From Bacteroidales bacterium (GTDB taxonomy: Bacteria > Bacteroidota > Bacteroidia > Bacteroidales > UBA3663), in the NCBI GenBank assembly GCA_045628525.1, contig JAZQPJ010000056.1, forward strand, positions 615 to 64,614: 64,000 bases of DNA, given 5' to 3'. Below the pieces are notes generated by a model. That model did not search any database and had not been told where the DNA came from. It worked only from the letters and a program-made list of their open reading frames with translations. A program made the position numbers and the translations under genes. Numbering within the stretch: position 1 is the stretch's first letter; each line of letters opens with the position of its first letter. Below, piece after piece: positions 19,451 to 29,769 of the stretch.

Positions 19451-20200
19451 ATGCTCGAAGTCAAGAACCTACATAAATCCTTCGACTCGCAGGAAGTGCT
19501 GCGAGGCATCGACTGCACCTTTCAGCCGGGTGTCAACAACCTGATCATCGGTCAATCGGGATCAGGCAAGACCGTCCTGCTGAAGTGCCTCATTGGACTT
19601 TATCGCCCCGAACAGGGCGAAGTGCTCTATGATGGTCGCAACTTTCATTCTCTCAGCCGGAAACAGTTGCATGAGGTTCGCAAGGAGATCGGTGTGTTGT
19701 TCCAGGGCTCTGCGCTGTTCGACAGCATGTCGGTGGAGGACAATGTGGCCTTCCCATTGCGCATGTTCAGTGATCTGACCGAGGTACAGATTCGTGAACG
19801 AGTCGATTTCTGTCTGGAACGCGTCAACCTCAAGGACGCACACCGGAAGATGCCAAGCCAGCTTTCCGGCGGCATGCAGAAGCGTGTAGCTATTGCCCGT
19901 GCCATCTCGCTCAAACCCAAATACCTGTTCTGCGACGAGCCGAACTCCGGACTTGACCCGAAAACATCCATTGTCATTGACCAGCTCATCGACGACATCA
20001 CGAAGGAATACGGCATCATCACCATCGTCAACACCCACGATATGAATTCCGTGCTCGGCATCGGCGACCACATCACCTTCCTTGCAGACGGTCATGTGGA
20101 GTGGACAGGAAACAAAAACGACATCCTGCAGACCGAAAACGAAACGCTCCGCAAATTCCTCTTCTCGGCACCGACGTTGCAGAGGATCAAAGACAAATGA
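19451..20200 (+). CDS. ABC transporter ATP-binding protein (MlaF-like)
   Basis: GQSGSGKT, FQGSALFDS, LSGGMQKRVAIAR and DEPNSGLDP motifs. Confidence 0.92.
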   Translation: MLEVKNLHKSFDSQEVLRGIDCTFQPGVNNLIIGQSGSGKTVLLKCLIGLYRPEQGEVLYDGRNFHSLSRKQLHEVRKEIGVLFQGSALFDSMSVEDNVAFPLRMFSDLTEVQIRERVDFCLERVNLKDAHRKMPSQLSGGMQKRVAIARAISLKPKYLFCDEPNSGLDPKTSIVIDQLIDDITKEYGIITIVNTHDMNSVLGIGDHITFLADGHVEWTGNKNDILQTENETLRKFLFSAPTLQRIKDK

Positions 20201-20226
20201 GGCCGTGGCAAAAGCCACGGCCTCAT
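20197..20226. terminator. Palindromic hairpin between convergent genes
   Basis: ATGAGGCCGTGGC-AAAA-GCCACGGCCTCAT, a perfect 13-bp stem. Confidence 0.75.
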
Positions 20227-20252
20227 CTATTTCTATAACGATATGGTGTGAA

Positions 20253-21542
20253 TCAAAGGAAAGCGTACTTCAAGACAAACAGTACGGCAAGAATATAGGT
20301 GCCGACGTTGACATCGCGCCAATGCCCAGAGAGGAGATACAGGAATACATAGGAAATGAGACCCATTAGAATGCCATCAGAGATGCTATATGTGAGTGGC
20401 ATGAAAGCAATGCAGATAAAGCAAGGGATGCCATTGAGGAAGTCCTGAAAATCGATTTTGCGAATGTCGGACATCATCATCACACCCACAAGCACAAGGG
20501 CTGGAGCGGTTGCCTCAGAAGGGATGGCAAGGAAGAGCGGAGCCAAGAAAAGCGCCACTGCAAAACACAGAGCCGAAGTAAATGCAGTAAGACCACTGCG
20601 GCCACCCACATTGACGCCCGACGCACTCTCGACGTATGTAGTGACTGTGGAAGTTCCCAATACGGCACCAAGGGTTGTGCCAATAGCATCAGCCATGAAT
20701 GCCTTGCGCAGACGTGGAATATTGCCCTGCTCATCGACCATGCCTGCTCGGCTGCTCACTCCGATGAGGGTACCGATGGTGTCGAACATATCAATGAAGA
20801 GGAAGGTCAAGACACAAACCAGCATGTCGAGCGTCAGGATGCTGCTCCATTCGAACTGACAGAATATGGGAGCCATGCTCGGTGGCGCACTGAAGACTGA
20901 AGAGAAATGCGTAACGCCCAATGGAATACCGACAACCGTAGTCGTGAGAATGCCAATAAGGAGAGCACCTGTGACATTGCGGATCAACAACACGGCACTG
21001 AGCAGGATTCCGATCATAGCCAAAAGGACTGCTGGCGAATGCAGATCGCCTAAAGTCACGAATGTAGAGGGGCTTGATGCCACAATGCCGGCATTCTTGA
21101 GACCGATGAAGGCAATAAACAGACCGATGCCAGGCGAGATTGACTGTCGCAAGATCAGAGGCATGGAATCGACAATACGCTGACGCAAACCTGACAACGT
21201 GAGCAAGATAAAGATCAAGCCCTCGATGAAAACAGCCGTGAGAGCGAACTGCCACGAATAGCCCATTGTGAGCACGATGGTATAGGCAAAGAAGGCGTTG
21301 AGTCCCATACCCGGCGCCAGCGAGAATGGCAGCTTGGCATAAATAGCCATAACGAGCGTAGCCACAATGGCCGAGACAACGGAAGCGGTAAAGATTGCGC
21401 CCTTATCCATACCGGTCGCACTAAGAATGTCTGGATTGACAGCCAGGATATAGGCCATCGTGAGGAAAGTAGTGATGCCACCCATCACCTCTTTCTTGAT
21501 CGTCATAGTTTCCTTCTGGAAACCAAAAAGTTTCTGTAACAT
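20253..21542 (-). CDS. NCS2/AzgA-type purine permease (PbuG-like)
   Basis: GITTFLTMAYI, APGMGLNAFF, DMFDTIGT and TYVESASG motifs. Confidence 0.93.
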   Translation of the reverse strand: MLQKLFGFQKETMTIKKEVMGGITTFLTMAYILAVNPDILSATGMDKGAIFTASVVSAIVATLVMAIYAKLPFSLAPGMGLNAFFAYTIVLTMGYSWQFALTAVFIEGLIFILLTLSGLRQRIVDSMPLILRQSISPGIGLFIAFIGLKNAGIVASSPSTFVTLGDLHSPAVLLAMIGILLSAVLLIRNVTGALLIGILTTTVVGIPLGVTHFSSVFSAPPSMAPIFCQFEWSSILTLDMLVCVLTFLFIDMFDTIGTLIGVSSRAGMVDEQGNIPRLRKAFMADAIGTTLGAVLGTSTVTTYVESASGVNVGGRSGLTAFTSALCFAVALFLAPLFLAIPSEATAPALVLVGVMMMSDIRKIDFQDFLNGIPCFICIAFMPLTYSISDGILMGLISYVFLYLLSGHWRDVNVGTYILAVLFVLKYAFL

Positions 21543-21601
21543 TATAATGAATTAGATTGTTTGTCGATTCACGGAAAGGAACAATGCTTTCAAGGAGCGC
21601 C

Positions 21602-22528
21602 TCACACGTCCAGCACCAGCTGTTCACGGGCAAGCACAGTATCGGGAAACACCTCCTGCGCCTCATTGAGCAACACAGCCTCCTGCTCGTTGGTCATGAA
21701 CTGGGCGGAATAATGTCCGATGCAGAGGCGTCGGGCATTTGCTTTCTGTGCGATTGTGGCGGCTTGACGGGCGGTGCTGTGACCACGCTGACGGGCCTTG
21801 ACGGCATCCTCATCGCCGTAGGTGGCCTCGTGATAGAGCAGGTCGCAGCCCTGGATGATCGGCACCACGCTCTCGGCATAGATGGTATCGGAGCAGAAGG
21901 CATAGGACTTGCTCGGTGTGGGATCGGACGTGAGGAGTTCGTTGGGCACCACCTTGCCCGACTCGGGATCGGTCCAGTCATTGCCCTTCTTAATGCCGGG
22001 ATAGTAGGCAAAGGGGATGCCGAGCTCCTCGCAGCGGTCGATGAGCAGATGGCGGTCGCGCGGCTTCTCCTGGAAAAGGAATCCGGCCGTGGGCACACGG
22101 TGATGCAGCGGGATGGTGCGGATCAGGAGCGACTTGTCCTCGTAGATCACCTCGCTCTTGTACGGATCGTAAGGCTGGAAAGTCACCTTCATCGAGAGGT
22201 CGGGACAGAAATAGTCGAACAGCGGCTGGAAGACACGTTCGGCATCGGGCTGCGCATGGATCACAATCTCGCCCGTGCGCTGTCCCAAACCAAGCGTCGA
22301 GATCAAGCCGACCAGACCCAGACAGTGGTCACCATGCAGGTGACTGAGCAGGATGTGGCCGATCTTGCCTACAGGAATGCGGTTCCGGCACAATCCGACC
22401 TGCACCCCCTCGCCGCAATCCACCAGGAAGAGATTTCCACGGAAATTCACAACCTGACAGGTGGGCGAATGGCGGAGCGTCGGTTTGGCGGAACCGCATC
22501 CTAATATGGTGACGTTAAAACAATCCAT
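21602..22528 (-). CDS. rnz: Ribonuclease Z
   Basis: LGCGSAKP, DCGEG, SHLHGDH, SDT, HEATY, GHST and GHYS motifs. Confidence 0.95.
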   Translation of the reverse strand: MDCFNVTILGCGSAKPTLRHSPTCQVVNFRGNLFLVDCGEGVQVGLCRNRIPVGKIGHILLSHLHGDHCLGLVGLISTLGLGQRTGEIVIHAQPDAERVFQPLFDYFCPDLSMKVTFQPYDPYKSEVIYEDKSLLIRTIPLHHRVPTAGFLFQEKPRDRHLLIDRCEELGIPFAYYPGIKKGNDWTDPESGKVVPNELLTSDPTPSKSYAFCSDTIYAESVVPIIQGCDLLYHEATYGDEDAVKARQRGHSTARQAATIAQKANARRLCIGHYSAQFMTNEQEAVLLNEAQEVFPDTVLAREQLVLDV

Positions 22529-24018
22529 TAAAACTTGGTGTTGCGCATATCACCCGTCTCCTCGTATGCCAGATGCATGGCAAAGGCATGGCGAAGCGAG
22601 TGTGGGGTGTGGCAGCTCTTGCCCTCGCTGAGCTTGAGATAGTCCCAAAGGAGCTGCTTGTAGTCAGGGTGCGCACAGTTCTCGATGATGAGACGGGCAC
22701 GCTGTGATGGCGACTTGCCACGCAGATCGGCTACGCCCTGCTCGGTGACGAGCACGCGAACCGAATGCTCGCTTGAGTCGGTGTGGGTCACCATTGGCAC
22801 GATCGAAGAAATCATGCCACCCTTGGCCATGGAAGGCGTGGTGAAGATCGAAAGGAAAGCGTTGCGTGCAAAGTCGGCCGAGCCGCCGATGCCGTTCATC
22901 ATCTTCACGCCGCTGACGTGGGTCGAGTTGACGTTGCCGAAGATATCGGCCTCCAAGGCAGTATTGAGCGCGATGATGCCCAGGCGGCGGATGCACTCAG
23001 GATGGTTGGTAATCTCCTGTGGACGGAGCAGCACGCGCTGGCCGAACACATCCATGTTGTCGTACATCATGTTAAGGGCATCCTCGGTGAGCGAGAGAGA
23101 CGAACCGGTCACATAGTTGCAGCGCCCCTTCATAATGAGGTCCATGACTGAATTCTGGATCACCTCGGTGAACATCGAGAAGGCAGGCACATCTGGATTG
23201 TCGCCCAGGGCACCAATCACGGCATTGGCCACGTTGCCTACGCCCGACTGCAATGGCAGGAACTCCTTGGGGATGCCGCCACGCTTGAGCTCATTGACCA
23301 GGAACTCCGACACATGTGCACCGATGCGACGGGTGTCGTCGTCCAATGGCTTGAAGCCGGCCATGTTGTCGCGGATGTCGGTCTCGACCACGCCGAGCAC
23401 CTTGGCAGGATCGACCTTCACGTCAATGGTGCCGATGCGGTCGCCAGGGCTGGTGATCATGAATGGCTTGCGATAAGGTGGCATCTCAGGCAGATAGATG
23501 TCGTGCATGCCGGTGAGCTTGCCGGTGTGGGCTGCATTGAGCTCGACGAGCACGCGGTCGGCCTTCTGAATCAATGTTGGGCTGATGCCCACCGAAGTGG
23601 AGAGGATGATGTTGCCCTCAGGGGTGATGTCCGAAGCCTCGACGATGGCCACGTTGATGGCACCGAGGAAGCCGTATGCCACATCCTGGCCGATCATCGA
23701 GAGGTGGCAGTCGAAGTACTGTACCTCGCCAGTGTTGATCAGGCCACGCATGTCCTTGTTGCTCTGGAATGGTGTGCGGAACGACACGGCATTGGCCTGT
23801 GCCAGCTGGGTGTCGATCTGTGGGCCGGTGGCGCCACCTGTTACCAATCCTACCTTGAATGCACGGCCGGCAGCATGCTCCTCCTGGGCATACTCAGCCA
23901 GCGCTGCAGGAATAACCTTTGGGGTTCCGACAGACGAGAAACCACCGATACCAATTACATCGCCGTCCTTAATGAGGCGGGCTGCCTCCTCGGCAGTCAA
24001 TCTTGGATAATTAACCAT
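22528..24018 (-). CDS. Acetyl-CoA hydrolase / succinate CoA-transferase
   Basis: PLQSGVGNVANA, TEVIQ, NTALEADIFGNVNS, NGIGGSADF and TEQGVADLRG motifs. Confidence 0.93.
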   Translation of the reverse strand: MVNYPRLTAEEAARLIKDGDVIGIGGFSSVGTPKVIPAALAEYAQEEHAAGRAFKVGLVTGGATGPQIDTQLAQANAVSFRTPFQSNKDMRGLINTGEVQYFDCHLSMIGQDVAYGFLGAINVAIVEASDITPEGNIILSTSVGISPTLIQKADRVLVELNAAHTGKLTGMHDIYLPEMPPYRKPFMITSPGDRIGTIDVKVDPAKVLGVVETDIRDNMAGFKPLDDDTRRIGAHVSEFLVNELKRGGIPKEFLPLQSGVGNVANAVIGALGDNPDVPAFSMFTEVIQNSVMDLIMKGRCNYVTGSSLSLTEDALNMMYDNMDVFGQRVLLRPQEITNHPECIRRLGIIALNTALEADIFGNVNSTHVSGVKMMNGIGGSADFARNAFLSIFTTPSMAKGGMISSIVPMVTHTDSSEHSVRVLVTEQGVADLRGKSPSQRARLIIENCAHPDYKQLLWDYLKLSEGKSCHTPHSLRHAFAMHLAYEETGDMRNTKF

Positions 24019-24085
24019 AACACTATTTTTTTACACTATCAAACTCTAAACTAAAAAAACTCTACACTCTAATCTCCAAACTAAG

Positions 24086-26359
24086 CTACTGCGCCACTGC
24101 CATCATGGCGCTGACCTCAGGCACTCGCTGCACCTGGCCGTTGATGGCATAGCCAGCGCGGATCATGTCGTAGATTACTCCACGCTTGGCCACCTCCTGC
24201 TCCTTGAATCCGCGAGGATAGAAAGAGTTGATCAACGGAGCATTATTGAGCTTGAAATTGTCGCTGTTGAAGTCATCGACAAAGAGATTTGGCTGAATGA
24301 GCGTGATGCCGTAACGTCCGAGCAGGGCAATGGTCTCAGATGCGGCTACCTTGAGGCTATCCACTGGGATGCCGGTGCGCTTCACCTCGGCAAGGAAGTC
24401 GGGCGAGATGGCGCTATAGGCGTTGAGACGCAACAGCTCGGCAATCCATGAGTAGTTGTTTTCAAGGGCCTGGCGCATATTCTCCTGCATCAGGTTGTAG
24501 AGGCCGTCCACCGTCTTCGAGTCGGGCTCCTCGCCCTGCAGGATGCTGCGGTCGAACCACGACATGAAGCTGACGAACTTCTGTGCCAGATGCAAGGTCA
24601 GCATGTGGTAATTGTTGTCGGCATTGTATGCCTCGACCCCCTCCTTCATCAGCATCACGTGTTCCTCGATGTGTGCCAATGAGGCCTGCAAGGCATTGCG
24701 GCTGATCTGGAGTGGCAATTGGAGCTGCTCGTTCAGATACTCCGCATGGGCACGAACAGTTGCGATCTCAGCCGTTGCTTGTTCCGTCACCTGCTGCATC
24801 TGCTTTTGCACCGCCTCGACCTCAGCGGCTGACTGTTGCTTGGCGGTCTCGATCGCCTCTTCCGCCTGCTGCCGTACGGCAAGGACGGATGCCTCTGCCT
24901 GTTCTGATGCTTGCTGGCGTGCGGCTGCAATCTCGGCAGCGGCCTGTTGCTGCACTTTGGTCACATCAGCAGCGGCTTGCTGCTTGGCTGCCATCACCTC
25001 GACCTCGGTTTGCTGCTGCAGCGATGCAAGCTTTGCCGATGTATCCTGACGCACAGTGGTCAGTTCATTCTGCACCTGTGCCAAGGCACGGGCAGCGTCA
25101 TCCTTGACACTCTGCAACTTCTGTGCGTAATCTGCCTCTGCATTGGCAAGCAACTGCTTTCCTGCCGACACTGCGGTCTCAACATCCGTGAGGTGTGATC
25201 TACGCTCGGTCTCCAGATCACCCTGCATCTGAACCAGCTCATTCTGCTTTTGCTGCACTACCGTACGAAGCGACTCTATCTGCTTTTGGAGTTCTGGGTT
25301 CGGATCAATACGAACCTCAACCGTCTTCTCCACGATCTTCTCGACTGGCTTCTCAACAATCTTTTCGACTATTTTCTCAACAGGCACCTCTACGCGCTTC
25401 TCGACAATCTTTTCGACCACCTTCTCAACAGGCACCTCCACGCGCTTCACGACAATCTTCTCGACCACCTTCTCGACAGGCACCTCCACGCGCTTTTCGA
25501 CGATCTTTTCGACGACTTTCTCAACAGGCACCTCCACGCGCTTCTCGACAATCTTGACGGTTTGATCGACAATAGGTACTCCCATTAGCGGTTCCGTCTG
25601 GATTGTTTTGTGGCGTTCACGATAGAACAGATAACAGCCCAATCCGATAGCAGCCAAAACAAGCAGCCAAAGCAGCACACGCTTTACCGAACTGCCCTCG
25701 GACACAGCCTCGCCATCGCTGGCTGCCTTCTCTAACAGAGGCTGGGATTTCTCCACATCCTTACCGGCATCCGCCATCGGCTGCTGCTCCTCGGGCGCTG
25801 GTTCTCTCACAGTGCCGCCCAATGCCACGATCGCCTCTTTGGGTGAGTTCTCGTCCAACATGCGCAGCTGTATCGGTCGCCTCATGCTGTCGTTGTTCTC
25901 CAGGCGGAACCACAAGTTTGCCTGACGAACGCTATCGATGCGGAAGTAGATATGATACTGCATGTTCCTAACACGAGTCACCATGAACTCTCGTTGTGAA
26001 GAACCCTGCTGTATTCGGCGATAATCGTATGTCGTGCTTCGTCCTCGGTCAAACGTAATTACACGATATTCATGCGTATTCTTGTCTCGCATATCGTCGC
26101 TCGATTCATTTACGACCTTTACGAACGACCGATTCGTATAAAGGACTAGCTGGTTTTGCCCATCACGTATCAAGTAGCCCGTCGGCTTTCCCTGTGCATC
26201 ATTCTTCACCTTAAAGGGTTCGTCAGCATTATCGATGCACAAACCGACGAAGCAAGTATCCGATTGAGCATTGGCTAACGAAGCGAATCGCATCACGGGG
26301 AGCAGCGAGAGCACGACGAGGGCCAGGAGGACAGACAATATCTTGTTTCTATTATTCAT
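24086..26359 (-). CDS. Membrane-anchored hypothetical protein: signal peptide, TM, VEVPVEK repeats, long coiled coil, GrpE-like C-terminus
   Basis: Start taken at MNNRNK; TM segment [19 protein letters not shown]; four [16 protein letters not shown]-type repeats; Q/A/E-rich helical region. Confidence 0.8.
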   Translation of the reverse strand: MNNRNKILSVLLALVVLSLLPVMRFASLANAQSDTCFVGLCIDNADEPFKVKNDAQGKPTGYLIRDGQNQLVLYTNRSFVKVVNESSDDMRDKNTHEYRVITFDRGRSTTYDYRRIQQGSSQREFMVTRVRNMQYHIYFRIDSVRQANLWFRLENNDSMRRPIQLRMLDENSPKEAIVALGGTVREPAPEEQQPMADAGKDVEKSQPLLEKAASDGEAVSEGSSVKRVLLWLLVLAAIGLGCYLFYRERHKTIQTEPLMGVPIVDQTVKIVEKRVEVPVEKVVEKIVEKRVEVPVEKVVEKIVVKRVEVPVEKVVEKIVEKRVEVPVEKIVEKIVEKPVEKIVEKTVEVRIDPNPELQKQIESLRTVVQQKQNELVQMQGDLETERRSHLTDVETAVSAGKQLLANAEADYAQKLQSVKDDAARALAQVQNELTTVRQDTSAKLASLQQQTEVEVMAAKQQAAADVTKVQQQAAAEIAAARQQASEQAEASVLAVRQQAEEAIETAKQQSAAEVEAVQKQMQQVTEQATAEIATVRAHAEYLNEQLQLPLQISRNALQASLAHIEEHVMLMKEGVEAYNADNNYHMLTLHLAQKFVSFMSWFDRSILQGEEPDSKTVDGLYNLMQENMRQALENNYSWIAELLRLNAYSAISPDFLAEVKRTGIPVDSLKVAASETIALLGRYGITLIQPNLFVDDFNSDNFKLNNAPLINSFYPRGFKEQEVAKRGVIYDMIRAGYAINGQVQRVPEVSAMMAVAQ
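25340..25555 (-). repeat. Intragenic 48-bp tandem repeat (16-aa VEVPVEK unit)
   Basis: ACAGGCACCTC(C/T)ACGCGCTT recurs four times at 48-bp spacing. Confidence 0.9.
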
Positions 26360-26420
26360 TTTGCGATGTACCAAAGGTAAAAAATTCGCGCAAAGATAAT
26401 AAAAAAACAGCAAAATGCCA

Positions 26421-26459
26421 AAAAGGAGGCCCGAAAAATGCATTTCGGGTCTCCTTTTT
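26421..26459. terminator. Intrinsic terminator after fusA2
   Basis: AAAAGGAGGCCCGAAA...TTTCGGGTCTCCTTTT hairpin with A/T runs on both sides. Confidence 0.8.
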
Positions 26460-26498
26460 GTATAGGGAAATACTTTTTATGCGCTTTTTTCGCAACTT

Positions 26499-28652
26499 TT
26501 ATGCCTCAGCCTCCTTCTCGTGAGCAGCGATAAGCTTCTGCTGGATGTCTGCTGGAGTGAGCTCGTAGCTGGCGAACTTCATGATGAACGAAGCGGCGCC
26601 CTGAGTCAATGAAGAAAGCGAAGTTGAGTAGTCGGCCATCTCTGACAGAGGCACCTTGGCCTGCAGCTTCTGGTAGCCAGCCTCAGCACCCATGCCCACG
26701 ATCATGCCGCGGTGGTTCTGGAGGTCGCTCATCACGTCGCCCATCTTGTCCGATGGCACGAATACCTCAACGTCATAGATAGGCTCCAGGATCTTAGGAC
26801 CAGCGTTGCGGAATGCCTCGCTGAACGCGTTGCGTGCTGCCAGCATGAACGAGAGCTCGTTAGAGTCAACCGGGTGCATCTTGCCGTCATATACAACGAC
26901 GCGAACGTCACGAGCATACGAGCCGGTCAATGGACCCTGCTCCAAGCACTGCTGGATGCCCTTGAGGATGGCTGGCATGAAGCGGTTGTCGATGGCACCG
27001 CCCACTACCGAGTTGATGAAGACGAGCTTACCGCCCCATGGCAGATCGATCTCCTCCTTGCCCTTCATGGTGACGCGATACTCCTTGCCCTGGAAGTTGT
27101 AAACCACAGGATCCTCCATGCCGTCGAAGTATGGCTCCACGATCATGTGAACCTCGCCGAACTGACCGGCACCACCCGACTGCTTCTTGTGACGGTAGTC
27201 AGCACGTGCCGACTTGGTGATGGTCTCGCGATATGGGATGCGCTGTGGAGCAAACGAAACCTCTACCTTGTCCAAGTTCTCCAAACGCCACTTCAAGGTG
27301 CGCAGGTGGAACTCGCCCTGGCCATGTACCAGGATCTGGCGCAACTCCTTCGACTGCTCAACCACCCAGGTAGGATCCTCCAGACGCATGCGGGTCAGAG
27401 CCTGCATCATCTTCTCGGTATCGGCCTGCTTTACAGCGGTGATAGCGCGGGTATATTTGCTCTGTGGGAACTTCACGAAGTTGAACTTATTGTCCGAGTT
27501 GCCGGCATTCAAAGTGTTGCCGGTGCGAACGTCACGCAGCTTCACCGTACAGCCGATGTCGCCTGCCTGCAGCTCGCTGACCTTCTCGCGGTTGGCACCC
27601 GAGCATACAAAAAGCTGGGCCAGGTGCTCCGAGGTGCCACGGTCGGCATTCACCAGATCGTCGCCCTCCTTGAGGGTACCGCTCATCACCTTGAAGTACT
27701 GAACCTCACCGATGTGTGGCTCCACGCCGGTCTTGAAGAAATAGAGCGAAGTAGCTGCAGTTGGATCGAGCTTCACCTCCTCGCCACGGGTGTTGTGTAC
27801 GGCTGGCATCTCGTCCACGAAAGGAACGACGTTGCCCAGGAACTCCATCAGTCGGCCTACGCCCATGTTCTTGCCTGCGCAAACGCAGAAGATTGGGAAG
27901 ATTGAGCGGGTAACCATGCCCTTGCGGATGCCTTCGCGCATCTCGTCCTCGGTGAGCTGCTCGGTCTCGAAGAACTTCTCCATCAGGTCCTCATCGTTCT
28001 CGGCAGCTGCCTCCACGAGTGCCTTATGCATCTCCATGGCCTTGTCCATCTGGTCAGCAGGGATGTCCTCGATGGTTGGGGTGCCGCCCTCAGGACCGTA
28101 GGTGAGCTGCTTCATCAGGATCACGTCGATCAGCTGGTGGAAGCCCTCACCGGTCTCCACTGGGTACTGCACAGGAATAGCCTTCGAGCCGTAGGTCATC
28201 TGCAGATCCTCGACGATGGTGTCGAAGTCGCACTCAGGGCTGTCCAGCTGGTTTACGAGGAAGATGACCGGCTTCTGCAGCTTCTCGGTGTAGCGGAAGT
28301 GGTTCTGTGTTCCTACCTCAGGACCTACAGATCCGTTGATCAAAAGGATGGTGGTATCGGTTACCGACATGGCGGTGATGGCCTGACCCACAAAGTCGTC
28401 CATACCTGGGCAGTCGATGATGTTGAGCTTCTTGCCATTCCACTCAGTGTGGAACACAGTGCTGAACACTGAATATCCGTAGTTCTTCTCTACTGGGAAA
28501 TAGTCACTCACGGTACTCTGCTGGCTGACGCGGCCCTTGCGGCTGATCTGGCCGCTGATGTAGAGGAGTGTCTCTGTGAGGGTGGTCTTACCCGAACCGT
28601 CATTGCCAAGCAAGGCAATGTTCTTGATCTCTTTAGAGCTGTAAACTTTCAT
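26499..28652 (-). CDS. fusA2: Elongation factor G paralogue EF-G2
   Basis: Full EF-G architecture (YRETI, KKQSGGAGQF, HPVDSNE) with a divergent P-loop GNDGSGKTT and a domain IV insertion; not in an rpsL-rpsG operon. Confidence 0.9.
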   Translation of the reverse strand: MKVYSSKEIKNIALLGNDGSGKTTLTETLLYISGQISRKGRVSQQSTVSDYFPVEKNYGYSVFSTVFHTEWNGKKLNIIDCPGMDDFVGQAITAMSVTDTTILLINGSVGPEVGTQNHFRYTEKLQKPVIFLVNQLDSPECDFDTIVEDLQMTYGSKAIPVQYPVETGEGFHQLIDVILMKQLTYGPEGGTPTIEDIPADQMDKAMEMHKALVEAAAENDEDLMEKFFETEQLTEDEMREGIRKGMVTRSIFPIFCVCAGKNMGVGRLMEFLGNVVPFVDEMPAVHNTRGEEVKLDPTAATSLYFFKTGVEPHIGEVQYFKVMSGTLKEGDDLVNADRGTSEHLAQLFVCSGANREKVSELQAGDIGCTVKLRDVRTGNTLNAGNSDNKFNFVKFPQSKYTRAITAVKQADTEKMMQALTRMRLEDPTWVVEQSKELRQILVHGQGEFHLRTLKWRLENLDKVEVSFAPQRIPYRETITKSARADYRHKKQSGGAGQFGEVHMIVEPYFDGMEDPVVYNFQGKEYRVTMKGKEEIDLPWGGKLVFINSVVGGAIDNRFMPAILKGIQQCLEQGPLTGSYARDVRVVVYDGKMHPVDSNELSFMLAARNAFSEAFRNAGPKILEPIYDVEVFVPSDKMGDVMSDLQNHRGMIVGMGAEAGYQKLQAKVPLSEMADYSTSLSSLTQGAASFIMKFASYELTPADIQQKLIAAHEKEAEA

Positions 28653-28703
28653 AAGCGGTATTATTAAAGGTGATAAGATTTGTTTTCATGTCAAAACCGA
28701 GGG

Positions 28704-28777
28704 CAAATATAGTGTATTTTTTCATTCCTGCCCCATTTTCACCCCCATTTTTTTGCATTTTTGTGTTGTGTAACATA
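28704..28777 (-). promoter_or_regulatory. fusA2 promoter with a putative Cur (BT4338/CRP-like) site
   Basis: TATATTTG at 28704-28711; near-palindrome TGTGTT-GTGT-AACATA at 28762-28777, one mismatch from TATGTT-N4-AACATA. Confidence 0.6.
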
Positions 28778-28914
28778 TTTTTTGCTGTTTTTGGGGCAAA
28801 AAACATGTCATATGTGTACGATTTCGTGCTGCAAGACGTCTGAAAAAAGTCCCATAAGTTAGGGAAACCTTGCCGCGGACTTGCCGGGAGCTCTCAGCCA
28901 TGCCGCAGGCTGCA

Positions 28915-29769
28915 TCAGGGCTTCCGAACCCTTACCACACGGATTCCAACACAATGCTTCACGCGTTGGGCATACTGCTGCAACGTTCCCTCGTCAAGGG
29001 TCACGCACTTCCTGGCCGAACTGGCATGGAACAGCTGGGGCGCACCGACTGAAGGATCCGGCCACCACACGAACCCCGTGTGCTGAACGTCAAGTCCCGG
29101 GGTGTCGGTCACGAACACCACAATGTCGCCATGCTGCAACTGCGGATAGGTCCGATCGATCTGTGAAGAGGGTATATAATAATATAAATGTGTAGATAAT
29201 TCCTGTTCCACCGCCATCACCTCCTGCTGCAGCATGCGGCAGGTCTGCAGCTGCGGGTAGTACTTCACGTTGCGGCTCATGAAGTTGATGGTGCGCTGCT
29301 CCTCTACTGCGCCAGCCAGCTCCTGCGTCACTTCGCACAGCAAGCCTTGACGTTCGCCATCGCTGATCCACTCGCTGAAGTAATGCTTGCGTGTGGCATA
29401 GTTTCCTCGCACACCGCCACGGTAGCGCAGGGCCTGCAGATAATGCAGGAAGAGCGAGTCCGTGGCCATCTGCTCCAGCGGCAGATGCGACCGATCCTGT
29501 AAAGCCAGACGCTCGGCTGTCACATATTCCACCAGCGTGGTGCAATCCACGGCATCCAGCCGCACCACCAGCTCCTCCACATTGGCCACCGGATCCGTCG
29601 GCACGGCCTTCGGTTCGAGTGTCGATGCCACATACGGCACGCCATCACCGCCCTTCAACGGATCGAAGAACAGACGTGCCACATCGTCGAAATACACATC
29701 CTGAGCAAATGCACAGGCGATGCCGACCGACATCAGCCACAGGCAAAGGAAGATTCTGTGTCTCATCAC
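28915..29769 (-). CDS. DUF1460 N-acetylmuramoyl-L-alanine amidase-like protein (NlpC/P60 superfamily)
   Basis: Signal peptide; PYVASTLE, VDCTTLVE, RKHYFSEW, LDVQHTG and HASS motifs. Confidence 0.9.
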   Translation of the reverse strand: MMRHRIFLCLWLMSVGIACAFAQDVYFDDVARLFFDPLKGGDGVPYVASTLEPKAVPTDPVANVEELVVRLDAVDCTTLVEYVTAERLALQDRSHLPLEQMATDSLFLHYLQALRYRGGVRGNYATRKHYFSEWISDGERQGLLCEVTQELAGAVEEQRTINFMSRNVKYYPQLQTCRMLQQEVMAVEQELSTHLYYYIPSSQIDRTYPQLQHGDIVVFVTDTPGLDVQHTGFVWWPDPSVGAPQLFHASSARKCVTLDEGTLQQYAQRVKHCVGIRVVRVRKP

